DNA of 63,539 bases, filler included, from Nemertoderma westbladi (GCA_032718475.1; 3 parts of 3 records of this genome joined end to end with filler, not necessarily neighbours in it), one strand, 5' to 3'. Positions 23,560 through 36,881 are shown, counted from the first letter of the whole stretch. A program made the numbers and translations. The notes: generated from the sequence alone by a model not told the origin.

Positions 23560-25352
23560 CACTCTGAAAACCAACAAACAAACGAATTCAACTAGTAGTC
23601 TAGTACGAATGGGAGAAACTTTGAAGTACTTCAGACAATGGATGAAGACCAATCCACCGATTCAATATACCAGAATATAATAACAGCCCACACGGAATCA
23701 GCTAAGAGGCATATCCCCCAGAAACCCAAACGAAACAGTATGTGCCATGGCAAAACTCTGAGGTTACTTGTAAGAGAGAAGATCTTAAGATAGCCTACAA
23801 AGTTAAAACCGAACAACCGAAAACATTAACAAGGTTGAGAAAGCTAAGGACGATCTTAAATTGGCCTACACCATCAGCCAGGAAAAGTACATACAGGACA
23901 ATATTGAAGAAATTACAACTGCTCACATACAGCAACAATCAAGACTTACCTGGCAAACTGCAAATGAGGTATCTAGTCGGAATAGTTGTGCTGATGAGCG
24001 CCTAAGAGCTTACAGTCCTGAAGAAAATGTCGGGAAATGTAAAGATCACCTCAGCAACTTGCTTGAGCAGCCACCAAACATCGAGGTCAGTCTTACAAGG
24101 AAAATATATGACAAGACCGGAAGACCCCACCTATAGAAACAGGGGACTTCACACCTGCCGAATTCCAAAGAACCAAAAAGAATGTCCAATCATAAAACGA
24201 GTGGATTAGATGAAATCCCTGCAGAGGTATGGAAAACAGGAGTGTTAAACCCATTATTGGATGTTTGCAACCGGATGTTGAAAGGGGAAAAGCCACCATC
24301 AATTTGGACTAAAGGTCAACTAAAGCCTCTCACCAAGAAAGGAGACTTCGATATACAAACAAACTATCGTGTTATCTGTCTGCTTGTGGTAGCTGCGAAA
24401 ACATACAACAAAATTATTCTATATAGAATTAGGGCACACATAGAGAAACTGTGACGTGAGAGCCAAAACAGATTTCGACCAAATAGATCATCAATAGCTT
24501 ATATACTTGTGCTGCGGAGACCGATTCAGGGAATTAAGTCAAAGAATCTCCCCGCAGTCCTGACATTTGTAGATTTCAAGATAGCATTCGACTCCATCCA
24601 TAGAGGTAATATGCTGAAAATCCTAAGAGCTTATGGACTACCAGAAGTAATTGGCGCTGCCATTGGCTTGGATTGTTATATTGTGACACAGAACTGCTCA
24701 CGTACTCTCACCAGAGGAGCGCTATTACTATTTGTAATTGTACTGGATTACGCAATCAGGACGGCCACAAAGGGTGAAGATCTGTGATTCCCATTACAAA
24801 TCGTATAAGTAGTAGATATCCGGCAACTACAGTCACATACACCGACTTTGCGGATGACATCACCCTGCTCTCTAATATGCTAGCAGATACACAGCTTTTA
24901 CTGAATAAAGGGGAGAAGGCTGCTAAGAAGGTTGGATTGCATATATATGCTACCAAGACCGAATTCATGACTTTTAATTCGGATGGAAATTTGAAAATAA
25001 TGGATAATAATCAACTAAGGAAGGTTGACGACTTCCAGTACCTTTGATCATGGATAAAGAGTAGAAAAAAGACAGAAGTTAGGAAAGCAAATGCCTATTA
25101 AAACTTAAAGCAAATGGAAATCAGTCACCTCTGCAGGCATCTGAAGACCAAATTATTTCAAGCCGCAGTGGAAAGTGTACTCTTATACGGGGGTGAGACC
25201 CGGACACTTACGAAATCATTTGAACAAATAATTGATGGTTGCTACACAAGACTTCTAAGGAAAGCCCTAAACATCAGCTGGAGACAACACATGACAAACC
25301 CCGAGCTTTATGGTACAATACCACATGTATCATCCACCCTCCGTGAACGCAG
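23560..25352 (+). mobile_element. Decayed RTE-clade LINE (RT region)
   Basis: GLDEIPAEVWK, NYRVICLL, FVDFKIAFDSIHR, DFADDITLL, DFQYL, VESVLLYGGET and YTRLLRKALNISW across frameshifted ORFs. Confidence 0.92.
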
Positions 25353-27579
25353 TGTGGCGGTAACAATTAGAAAGGGACCTATTGATATTTTTCATAGTTC
25401 TGAGAAAAACGCATCTAAAGATTGGAAATTTTTCTGCAATAAATCAGCTGATAAAAATCTTGTTATGAGCGAAATTCTAATTAGTGTTTATCTTTTCTGT
25501 TTTATCTGTTTTGGGTTTTACTAGTTTTTATGTTATAGTTTTGTAACTCTATCTTAAATTATGGAAGTGAAATTTAATTCTTTAACCGAATACTATGCAT
25601 ATTAGCAGATCTGGAAGAACTTGAGGAGCTTGTTGGTATCGATAATACTGATAAATTTCTGTTTATTTCAGGACAGTACTACCACTACCGGCACCACGGT
25701 ATGTATAGTACTACGTTTTGGTAATATACTATAATTCATAAACTTTAAGCCAGATGTTATCAGCAAACATCATTCTGCTATTAGCAAAGCAGAATACTGA
25801 ACAAAGAAATCTCAAAAACGTGGCATAAAACTAAAATGGCTCACAATTAAGAATCTCAGAATTCCATAGAATCCTGCACCATGGTGATTTATATAGCAAC
25901 TTCCAATCAGAAGCTTAGTTACCGGCATTGTTTACTAGAGTTCAGCAGTGAATCAAGAATATAAACAACGACTCTTATTGGTCGTATTATGTACATGTAT
26001 ACCAGAATTGAACACGTCGGGGCGTGTGGATTTTTGGGGAATCTTACTTAGATTATTCAGTCAGTTCTATAAATCTTATCTAAATATTCAATTAGTTTTA
26101 TGGCTTTGGAGTAGAACAGCGCATTGTTAATAAAATGTGCGTTTTAGTCACAAAAGCTTTAACAGACAAATATGACAAATACTGACTAAATGACAAATAC
26201 TATTACATACTGTAGTTACCAACATCACTCAAAATAATGAATATTTTATTATTTTACTATTATTATTATAATATTTTATTTATTGTAAACTATATTAGTA
26301 ATATATGGACCTGTGGCCCACAGTGGCCACTGAAATGCCAATATTGGTAACCATTTAACAGCAAATTAATGTGCCGTGAGATTCCATGGCAAATGTATTA
26401 TATTCATATTGCATATTGGACGAAAATCAGTCATATAGTATGCTGAATAATGTAGTACAGTACGTGACAGTACTACAGTTGTAGTACACGCCGCGGCAAA
26501 CACATTTGCACGGGTTTCTCGCTGCAAATAGCGACGGTAAATACAATTTACGTGTAAGTCATAACAAATTCTCACGGCAAATAAACCCAATAGGAATAAC
26601 AGTAAATTTTGTGGGTGTTATTGCTGCCAATGTGAGTCACCGTAATATGGTAATCAGGTAGCCCTAATATGCAATATATGCCGGACTATTATAACGGAGT
26701 TTAAACTGCTTAACGAGTTGATCTACGTTAACTAACTCATCACTTTTATTCATTCGAGTTGACAATATATCGGAAACTTAAATTTATTCAATGGATTGCA
26801 AATTCGCGACGACAGAATAAGTGTTGGAGTTGTAACGACTGTACAGTTTTCTCTTTGACCCTTATTGCATGTACACACACAGATAATCCCTGATTACTCT
26901 TCGATAATAGGATTACAGGAATAGGTAAGCTTTTCATTATAAATGAGCTCGTGTGTCGCATATTATTAGATGATTCCTTTCAAAGGCTGTGAATGGAGAT
27001 GCCTTGAGATGAAATGGAGAGGTTGAAAGAAGGCATGTCATAATACCACACGCAAAATGCATTGAAGACTTTCTTTTTGAACTCTAAATTCTCAACTTTA
27101 CTTTATACAATATTTATTTATATATATTATTAATTTAAAAAAGAAAAAATATTCTGAAAATTAGAAATTTAGAAATAGAAAAATATTTCTTATAGATTAA
27201 TCTCTATTATTGAGTGATATAAATGGCCTACTGTCATAACGAGGTAGTCCTACATACAGTACAGTAGTTATATTAAAAATAGACTTTTTAGAATTAAGTA
27301 GAATTAAAAATGAAATAGAATTAGATAAGAAAATAGAAAGAATTAAAGAAAGAAAGAATTATAGAAAGAAAGAATTAGAATATAAGTTTTTTTTTAATGG
27401 CCTACTATAATAACGTATTATGACTATAGTAATATGACTTCATTGCAACATTAAAAAAAAATATTGTGTTCTAGAACATTAGCTAATCGACTAGCTAGTA
27501 AATTTTCAGAACATGATTTTTTATATATTAACATTTTTTTTTAATTTCAAAAAAATGTTAAAAATCTTTTTAATTTCTG

Positions 27580-29223
27580 AGGTCAGGTCAGGTATTCCAG
27601 GTCATTGATTCAAGAAAACTTGCCACCTCCATGCAGCATAAAGGAAGTGCCACCTGTAGCTGCATAGACCCTCTTACTAGGGCAAATCTGGTCCTGTAAC
27701 TAGGACCCCCTTCGTTCTGGGATAAGGACGCCGTTGGTCCTGGATTAAGGACCCATATACTTGGCTGCAGGGGTATATGGCTTGGCCAGGCAGGTGATGA
27801 TCTACCAATGGCTGGTCAGGAGTGGTGTTCTCATGTCCACTCTGAGTGCACTTCACTGCAACCTGCACCTGGCAGCAGGGGTACAGGGCATGACCCAGCA
27901 GATGAGCTGCACAGCCAATGGTGGGTCATGTGTGCCAGAGTAGATATGGGTTGGTCCTCATATCTGACTCCACTGCGACACCCACCCTGTGGAATGGCAA
28001 ACCAGGGTGTGGTGTTTGCCCCAAAAGCTGACTCGGCAAAAAAGCCCCCCCCCCCCCCCCCCCCCAACCCCCACTATAGATTACATTAGTAATGCGGAGG
28101 TCCGGCCACTAGAGGCCAGTGGAATTACCGGACACAATCGGCCTCACAGGCGTCAGTTATCTCCTGACCGGCTGCCTGTCTCACCCCCTACTGGAGAGAG
28201 AGCAGCCAACAATTCTTTGAGTCCCTTTCCTGATGACCTTTCTGGCCCAAACCCTGGTTCACCAGGGATGCCAGATTGTGAGGGGGAGATGGATTCTGGA
28301 GTTGGAGGCTACTCTCATGTTCCACCCCGACCAACAAAGCCATTCGTGAATCTGAGGCGAATCACTAAACTAGCCTCAGTAAACACCCTAACACTCGGGT
28401 CCCCAATGCGACAAGATGAGCTGACTGCCTTGCCAAATAAGCTTTCTCTTAGCGCAGTGGGTGTTCAAGAGCACCGAATGCAGACTGGACAGAATGATGA
28501 GGTTCTGATTAAGGACATGGGGGGCGGTTGGCGACTCGCCCTCGCATCAGCAGATGATAGTGGCAATGGTGGAATTGGTCTATTGATGAATCCAACTGCA
28601 CATGCAGCATTGGACAAAATAGACCAAATCTCTAACCGCATCATCCGTTGCCACTTCTCATGTTCTGGAAGACTGGCAAGTTTCCTAATGTGGTTCAGAT
28701 TGTGTGCTACTCTCCAACTAGTGTTGCCCCTGTAGAGGAGGTGGACAATTTCTACCACAATCTACAAGCAGCTACTGATGGAGTGGATCAGCATACATTC
28801 TTAACATTCCTGGGAGACTTTAATGCAAGTTTGCATCAAACACCTACATCGCCCTGGGTCTATAGCAATAGTGTTAACCGAAATTCCGTCCATCTTCTGG
28901 ATTTTATCTCTGGAAATGGATTGTTTTCGGCTGGAACCCAGTTCAAGAAGCGAACTGGAAAGCTATGGACTCATAGTGGACCCAGTGGTCACAAGTCCCA
29001 GATAGACCATATTATGTTTCGTAGGAAATACAGGAGCTCTATAAAAGACTGTAATGCATTTACACTTCGACCCTTCTCCAGTGGTCACCGCCTTATTGTG
29101 GCCAAGGTAAGACTTAGTCTGCGTGTTAGCAGAACAACGAAATCTGCCTTGCCGTGGCATGACTGGTCCTCTCTGTTGCAACAGCCAAGTGTGAGATCCA
29201 GCTTCACACTACAGCTGAGCAAC
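27580..29223 (+). mobile_element. RTE-like LINE 5' part: GC-rich leader plus apurinic endonuclease domain, cut by a gap
   Basis: ASVNTLTL, VGVQEHR, GGIGLLM, YSPT, LGDFNA, QIDHIM and SGHRLI APE motifs over frameshifted ORFs 27989-28735 and 28648-29223. Confidence 0.88.
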
Positions 29224-29323
29224 NNNNNNNNNNNNNNNNNNNNNNNNNNNNNNNNNNNNNNNNNNNNTTAATTAATTAANNNNNNNNNNNNNNNNNNNNN
29301 NNNNNNNNNNNNNNNNNNNNNNN
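29224..29323. other. Assembly gap with artificial TTAATTAATTAA linker
   Basis: N-run, six-frame-stop 12-mer, N-run; 100 bp; same construct at 58541-58640. Confidence 0.97.
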
Positions 29324-30578
29324 ATCTAAAGTTCTACCCACAGAAATCTAAAGTTCAACCCACAGAAATCTAAAGTTCTACCAACAGAAATCTAAAGTTC
29401 AACCCACAGAAATCTAAAGTTCTACCCACAGAAATCTAAAGTTCAACCCACAGAAATCTAAAGTTCTACCAACAGAAATCTAAAGTTCTACCCACAGAAA
29501 TCTAAAGTTCTACCCACAGAAATCTAAAGTTCTACCCACAGAAATCTAAAGTTCTACCCACAGAAATCTAAAGTTCTACCCACAGAAATCTAAAGTTCTA
29601 CCAACAGAAATCTAAAGTTCTACCCACAGAAATCTAAAGTTCTACCCACAGAAATCTAAAGTTCTACCCACGGAAATATAAAGTTCTACCCACAGAAATC
29701 TAAAGTTCTACCCACAGAAATCTAAAGTTCTACCCACAGAATTCTAAAGTTCAACCCACAGAAATCTAAAGTTCTACCAACAGAAATCTAAAGTTCAACC
29801 CACAGAAATCTAAAGTTCTACCCACAGAAATCTAAAGTTCAACCCACAGAAATCTAAAGTTCTACCAACAGAAATCTAAAGTTCAACCCACAGAAATCTA
29901 AAGTTCTACCCACAGAAATCTAAAGTTCAACCCACAGAAATCTAAAGTTCTACCAACAGAAATCTAAAGTTCAACCCACAGAAATCTAAAGTTCTACCAA
30001 CAGAAATCTAAAGTTCAACCCACAGAAATCTAAAGTTCTACCAACAGAAATCTAAAGTTAAACCCACAGAAATCTAAAGTTCTACCAACAGAAATCTAAA
30101 GTTCAACCCACAGAAATCTAAAGTTCTACCCACAGAAATCTAAAGTTCTACCCACAGAAATCTAAAGTTCAACCCACAGAAATCTAAAGTTCAACCCACA
30201 GAAATCTAAAGTTCTACCAGCAGAAATCTAAAGTTAAACCCACAGAAATCTAAAGTTCTACCAACAGAAATCTAAAGTTCAACCCACAGAAATCTAAAGT
30301 TCTACCCACAGAAATCTAAAGTTCAACCCACAGAAATCTAAAGTTCTACCAACAGAAATCTAAAGTTCAACCCACAGAAATCTAAAGTTCTACCCACAGA
30401 AATCTAAAGTTCAACCCACAGAAATCTAAAGTTCTACCAACAGAAATCTAAAGTTCTACCCACAGAAATCTAAAGTTCTACCCACAGAAATCTAAAGTTC
30501 TACCCACAGAAATCTAAAGTTCTACCCACAGAAATCTAAAGTTCTACCCACAGAAATCTAAAGTTCTACCCACAGAAA
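29324..30578. repeat. 22-bp satellite, ~57 copies, truncated by the gap
   Basis: Unit ATCTAAAGTTCTACCCACAGAA with TCAACCCA and TCTACCAA variants. Confidence 0.97.
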
Positions 30579-31399
30579 ATAATGGTGCTTTACAAATATT
30601 ACGTTCTAGAGTTTATTCTTGTTGATTAAACATTATCTCCACTTAAAATTATATTATTTTTGCGCTAAATAACAAATAACTTAATCATGGAAGTTCTGAT
30701 AATATGTTTTAAATTGTTTCTTATTCACATTATTGTTTTGATATTGATATTTATCTGCTCTCTAACAAGAACTAACTAAATCACGCTGTCTATCCGTTTT
30801 GAGTTCCACATATTTTTTCTTTCGCTCAATAGGCCTGAGTTATTGTGGAGGATATTGTGGTTTAGTGTTTTGGTCAAGTTTATTACTATTGTCACTTTGA
30901 ACAATAATAAAAACTGTATTTTAACTTAAGTTCCCTTATAATATCTAATAAATTCGTCTTGTGAGAGTTTATAAGATTACGAGTTGGTGTGACAACACAG
31001 TTTGCTGCAACCAGCGCAGCAGAAGTTTCCATAAAATTCAATAGATGACACTGACGCACAACAATTATTAAAACATGTCTAGGACTGCGAAGTGACTAAC
31101 GTATTAATACCCAGTATTTTTGTGCTACTACTTTTTCTCTCTAAAACTTATGCATTAATATTTTTACGTAATGTTCTCATAACGGAACTCCTTAGCTAGA
31201 ATATATTTAGCTATTTCTCCTTTAAATATTAATTTACGGATAATATGTATTTTCCTAATTTGTTTGATTATTGATTATTATAATTATTGTAGATTAATAA
31301 TATAACATAATAAATATACAATGTGTTTCTTCTTAATGTGGATTGTGTACGAGGGAAAATCAAAATTACATTTATTGCGCATTCAGAAAGTTGACGAAT

Positions 31400-33495
31400 A
31401 TCCAAAAAAAAACAATAAAAAGATTGAAATACAGCAGTGGAGGTGTCATTGCATAGAAACTACAATTCCGGGCAGAATTCGTTTTGAGAAAATTGAGAAT
31501 GAAGTTGTGTATAGGTATGTTTAATTTTATTGAACATAAAAGTTTTGATAAAATTTATGTTTTGTCGGACTGTCCGTTTCTCTGTCTGTCTGTCTGTCAA
31601 ACATATGAGTAAGTTTACTAAATGACTACAATTTACGTTATGGGGGAATTTGTGGGCGGTGATTTCATTTCCGATGTCAGTTTTTATATTTTATGGATTT
31701 AAGACTGTTTGTATGGTTTTCGGACAGACAAACAGATCGAAATATACAGAGAGACACACATTCAATTTAGATCACTTCAACCATGAACACTGAAATCGTA
31801 AATGGAGTTTAAGATCAGAAGAACCTCACAATGGAAATTTAGTCAGCTAATATGCTTCTTTATCGTGTTCCTTATCTTTCTAAAAGTACCCAATGCTTCC
31901 TGACTGACAAAACTTTATTATATTTGCTTAACCCTATTAAAATATTAAAATTTGTTATACTGTAACTCTGAAACAAACGTAGTTGGGAATCTGCAATTTT
32001 TTGACTTTTCATATAAATCAATTGTCTTCCTAATAGTGGAAACCGTTTTCAAATCTATTGGGAAGTTATCGAGTTATAGCACCATTTTTTAACCCTACTT
32101 TAGGCACTTTTTTGAGACTTTTTTGAAAATTACATTTCATGAAATATGATTTGTATCATCTCTATTTATGATTTACACCGGTTTTTTGGTGTTTGCAATT
32201 AGATGGAATTCATATAAATTTATTTAAAAATTTCAAACTTGTTTATTTCGGCGGGTACCAAATTTTGGTGCCAGCACCAAATTTTGAAATATGTCAATTT
32301 TGTAAATTGATTGTTTGAACCTGTTGTTTGCGCAATAGGGGTTATTTGGGGTTCTGCTCTGGATGGGTTATATATATACGAGTTGTACCAGGCGTATCAA
32401 ACTTGTATTTTTCGGTGCTGTGTGCAAAATGTGGTACAAAATCGCGCAATTTTGAAAATCTATCCAATTGTTTAATTTCTTGTGACAACTTATTTCCCAC
32501 GTTATAGAGGTTTATGGCGGTTCTGACTGAATTCAATGGAATAAATAATTATCTAAGTAGACATTTCCAACGTGTATTTTTCTGAAGTGGGTGCAAAATT
32601 TGGTGCTACAGTAGCACCAAATTTTAAAAACCATCAAATAATATATCAATTGATTGTGTCACCCTGTTCATTGCGTTGTACGGGTTTTTAAGGGTTTTGA
32701 ATTCAATGAAATAAACAAAAATTGCGTTTTCAAACTTGTATTTTTTGCCGGTGGGAGAAAATTGTTGTGCCAGCACCGAATTTTGGAAAATGAGTAAATT
32801 GATCAGTAGATACTGTAGTATCATCTTGTTTCTTGCGTTATACGGGATTATGAGGGTCCTGAATCCGATGTAATCAATAAAAACCGCACTGGACATCGCA
32901 AACTTGTACTTTTTGGTGTTGGGTAAAAAATTTTGTGCTAGCGCCAAAATTTGCCATATTACTCCGCAAAATACGTGTAACAATGATCTGGCAAATTAGA
33001 AATGTATTCCATTATAATCAGCGCCCCCAGAAAACCTATAAATGTGAATTTATAGCATCGTATAAGTGCTGGTTACTTGCTTTTTTTTTTCATTTTTTGC
33101 CTACGTAGAGGAATAAAACAGCCATTTATAGCAATTAGATCAATTTTAAATATTTTCCAATGGATTTTGCGCCCAGAAAACCTGTATTGAAAAACAATGT
33201 GACAACAGAACAAAAAGACAACAATTTTTTGTGAAAATAAAAATGTAAATTTAAAATTTTATGAAAATTGTTCACTACTTGTAAGTTTGGTGCTGCAATA
33301 TAACCATCCCATTTTTCAAAATTTTATTTTTTGATTTGATTATATAACACCTCTATTACTGTACATTAAGTACTCAATATGCTTTCCATCCGAATCAGTA
33401 TATCGGTTTACATACAGTATATTAATTGTTGAAGTATTTAATTAATTGATATTTTATATTCTTTTACATAACCCCAACCCCAATCCAACATCAAA

Positions 33496-33530
<35 letters not shown>

Positions 33531-33570
33531 GATATATCACTATCACAGCCGGCGGCTAATCAATTTTATC
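31400..33570. repeat. Old interspersed repeat (possibly Helentron-like) with degenerate internal tandem units; related sequence at ~3300-3590
   Basis: TGATTTCATTTCCGATGTCAGTTTT at ~3487 and ~31659; (GTCT)n/(GACA)n microsatellites; recurring AAACTTGT and TTGGTGC..GCACCAA motifs in 32230-32950. Confidence 0.45.
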
Positions 33571-33649
33571 CACCTGAGTTCCATGATTTTTTTACTATCG
33601 ACTCGGATAAATTGCATTGTGGTGGAGAGCGTGACTGTACTATAGCTTT

Positions 33650-34480
33650 TATATCAACCACCATCCGTGAACGCAGATTAAGATTCAGTGGGCCCTACTG
33701 GAGAAGTAAAGTAATACCAGATCTATACGGTGGCCCATAACTGTCATAGTATATAAAAAGGAACGGCAGAAATTAAAAAGCCACGGCAGAAATTAAAAAG
33801 CCACGGCAGAAATTAAAGAAGCTACGGCAGAAATTAAAAAAGCCACGGCAGAAATTAAAAAGCCACGGCAGAAATTAAAGAAGCCACGGCAGAAATTAAA
33901 AAGCCACGGCAGAAATTTAAAAGCCACGGCAGAAATTTAAAAGCCACGGCAGAAATTAAAAAGTAACTGCTATTGCTAGATTATTTGAGTATGAGTGCCG
34001 ACTGCAAGCTATTGCTATCGGCCAGTAAAAAAAATAGGTAAAAAAAAATAATAAAAAAAAATAGGTAAAAAAGGTAGGAAAAAATATTTGCTATAATGTA
34101 TTGTAATAATCATGGCTTTTTAATTTCTGCCGTGGCTTTTTAATTTCTACCGTAGCTTCTTTAATTTCTGCCGTGGCTTTTTAATTTCTGCCATTCCTTT
34201 TTATATCCTGTGACAGTTATGGGCCACCGTAGATCTACATTTCTGGCAACCAACACATATGGAACGCGTACCCGTGGACGACCGGCTATAACATACTGTA
34301 TATAGACCAGCTTGAAAGGGATACTGAACTTGGGAGAAACGAAATAGCGACAACTATGGAGAATCGGGAAGCCTGGAAGGATCTCATTTCCAATGTCCGA
34401 GTTCGCTCGACCTAGTAGTAGTTAGAGAATCGGGAAGCCTGGAAGGATCTCATTTCCACTGTCCGAGTTCGCTCGACCTA
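33650..34480 (+). mobile_element. RTE LINE 3' end with (TAG)n tail and a duplicated terminal segment
   Basis: TTIRERRLRFSG..WRSK, then (after removing the MITE) DLHFWQP...RTRGRPA...MENREAWKDL; ends CGACCTAGTAGTAG; GAGAATCGGGAAGCC...CGACCTA repeated at 34359-34413 and 34425-34480. Confidence 0.85.
33726..34231. mobile_element. MITE with TACGG termini, ~20-bp subterminal tandem repeats and a 6-bp TSD
   Basis: TACGGTGGCCCATAACTGTCA / TGACAGTTATGGGCCACCGTA; GATCTA at 33720-33725 and 34232-34237; AGCCACGGCAGAAATTAAAA arrays in both arms. Confidence 0.92.
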
Positions 34481-34758
34481 CAGTACTATAGTACTGTAGT
34501 ACTGTAGTTAGTTGAACTGCGGTGCTACAGTAACCTTTATTACTCGGTTGGTTTAATCGCTGTCATAACCTTTGTTCCTCAGTTAGTTTATTTACCGAGC
34601 GCCAGTTAATAAAGGGATGAGAGAATTTTGAAAAAATATGTTCTACGTTTTTTTTCTATGTTCTACGTTTTTTTTCTACGTTCTACGTTTTTAAATTGGT
34701 ACTTTTTTGTTATTCAATTCCTTATTAAAACATACATGTAGAACGATATCCTACAATA

Positions 34759-36480
34759 GAGTTGGTGACTCAAAAAAAAATTTTCTATATACACGTTCAT
34801 AAATTGTAAAAAGGTGTGCTGATCACGAATCTGAAAACCATTTTTGAATTCATCGAGTTCCGGCTGAGATTGACGGGTTTATACACAAGCGCGGGAAAAT
34901 CAGTTTAAACGCTCTGATTTACTGTACCACTTACTTTTCCAATTTGTCGCTAGACAACGCTAACAACATTCACTAGCTACAGTAACAGCATACAGTTTAA
35001 TATTGTTTGATGTAGGCTAATTTTAGTTATAAAGATTAAGATATTTATATTATTAGTGTGACACAACAATGCAATGTTCATTGTTTAAGAGTGTTTTTAT
35101 TCGTTTGTAGCGGCACTACTGTAGGGGTTGTCCCCCTTACCTAGTATTATAGGCCTACTAGTATTCACGAATGTTATTAGGGCTACAATTTTGGACCTTA
35201 TTCTTTCTGTAATAATGGTAATAAACCATCTCCACAGTTTTTTTAAACCTGAAATTTCACATCGGATTTGAACGCATTTATGATAATCACAGTGTATTCC
35301 GATTATGTTCTAGAACACGGTGGTGATGGATAGCTATACCTATGTTTGTTTATAGCAACATATTAGCTATATTAAAATTAAACCCACACACAAACAATGA
35401 ATGCGGATATATTTAATAATATTGAAACATAGTAAAAATAAATAGGAAATTGAAAGAAAATACTAAGGTCCAACTTTATCTATCAACTTTATCAATCAGC
35501 TGTGTTTGCAGTTTCGCACACTGACAGCAACACAAACATGGGGAAATATCACCGTTCAATAAGAACGTGTTTTGTTCCCAATTGCATGAACTCAAGTAGA
35601 ACAAATCCAGGTAAACTATTTTTTCAAGTTCTTTTTCAATGTCGTGTTGCTGTGTGCGAACACAGGTGAGTTCAATAAATTTGGACCATTATTTCCTTTT
35701 CATTCACTTTCAATTTCCTATTTATTTTTACTCTCATTTCGTGCTCATGGTGTTTCAATATTTTTAAATATATCCGCATTCGTTTGTTATGTGTGGGTTT
35801 AATATGGCTAAATATGTTGCTATAAATAAACAAACATAGTACATACTGTATGTGTATCGCTATCAATCGTGTTCTAGAACATAATCGCAACTGTGATATT
35901 ATCATAAATGCGTTTAAATCCGATGTGAAATTTCAGGATTAAAAAAACTGTGGAGATGGTTTAAAGCATTTTTACAGAAAGAATAAGGTCCAAAACTTGT
36001 AGCCCTAATAACATTCGTGAATACAGTAGGCCTATAATACAAGGAAGACAACCCCTACAGTGTCGCTTCAAACTAATAAAACACTCTTAAACAATGAACA
36101 TTGCATTGTTGTGTCAAACTAATAATATAAATATCTTAATCTTTATAACTAAAATTAGCCTACATCAAACAATAGTAAACTGTATGCTGTTAGCATGTGA
36201 ATATGCATATATGCATATATGCTGTTATGCATATATGCTGTTATGCATATATGCTGTTAGCTAGTGAATGTTGTTAGCGTTGTCTAGCGACAAAGTGGAA
36301 CAGTAAGTGGTACAGTAAATCAGAGCGTTTAAACTAAGATTTTCCCGCGCTTGTGTATAAACCCCTCAATCTCAGCCGGAACTCGATGAATTCTAAAACG
36401 GTTTTCAGATTCGTGATCAGCACACCTTTTTACATTTTATGAACGTGTTTATAGAAATTTTTTTTTTGAGTCACCAACCC
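34759..36480. mobile_element. Large palindromic non-autonomous DNA element (~700-bp arms)
   Basis: G(A/G)GTTGGTGACTCAAAAAAAA...GCTGATCACGAATCTGAAAACC mirrored at 36400-36480; homology continues to ~35460/35695; TA flanks. Confidence 0.9.
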
Positions 36481-36881
36481 TATACAGTAGTGTTACAAAA
36501 TAAATTGAACCGAAAAATTGATTCCATAGTTACTGCGATTCAAATTATTGTACTGTATTATTTAATTTCTGATGCTACCTTATTCAATGTTAAATCATTT
36601 AGTGTTCTCGAATATTTATTACGTAAGAAGAATGGATGTAAATGAAAAATGGATGTACAGTATGTGGCTTACAGTATACTACTGAGGGGAATAAGGCTTC
36701 GCAGTTGTAGCTAGAGCAATAAAATACTGAACTAGAGTATGATTGGCTAATGTGAACAGGCTTAACTGAACATTAGAACAATTAGACAAAAAAAACATTA
36801 GAGCAGCTCCAGCAAACGGGCCAAAATGAAATTTGTTGTATAATTTTTCTGAGCCATTTAGACACAGTTAGTACCTACTAT

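Noticed and set aside
26883-26930. Possible 42-nt exon (ACAG|...|GTAAGC)
   Set aside because: Stop codons in all three frames and no gene context
29268-29279. TTAATTAATTAA palindrome as a biological site
   Set aside because: Sits between N-runs in two identical 100-bp constructs; scaffolding linker
33508-33529. Long poly-G/poly-C runs (also ~14158, ~28025, ~42761, ~57878) as G-quadruplex regulators
   Set aside because: They are parts of repeat elements and homopolymer lengths are unreliable; no independent evidence of function
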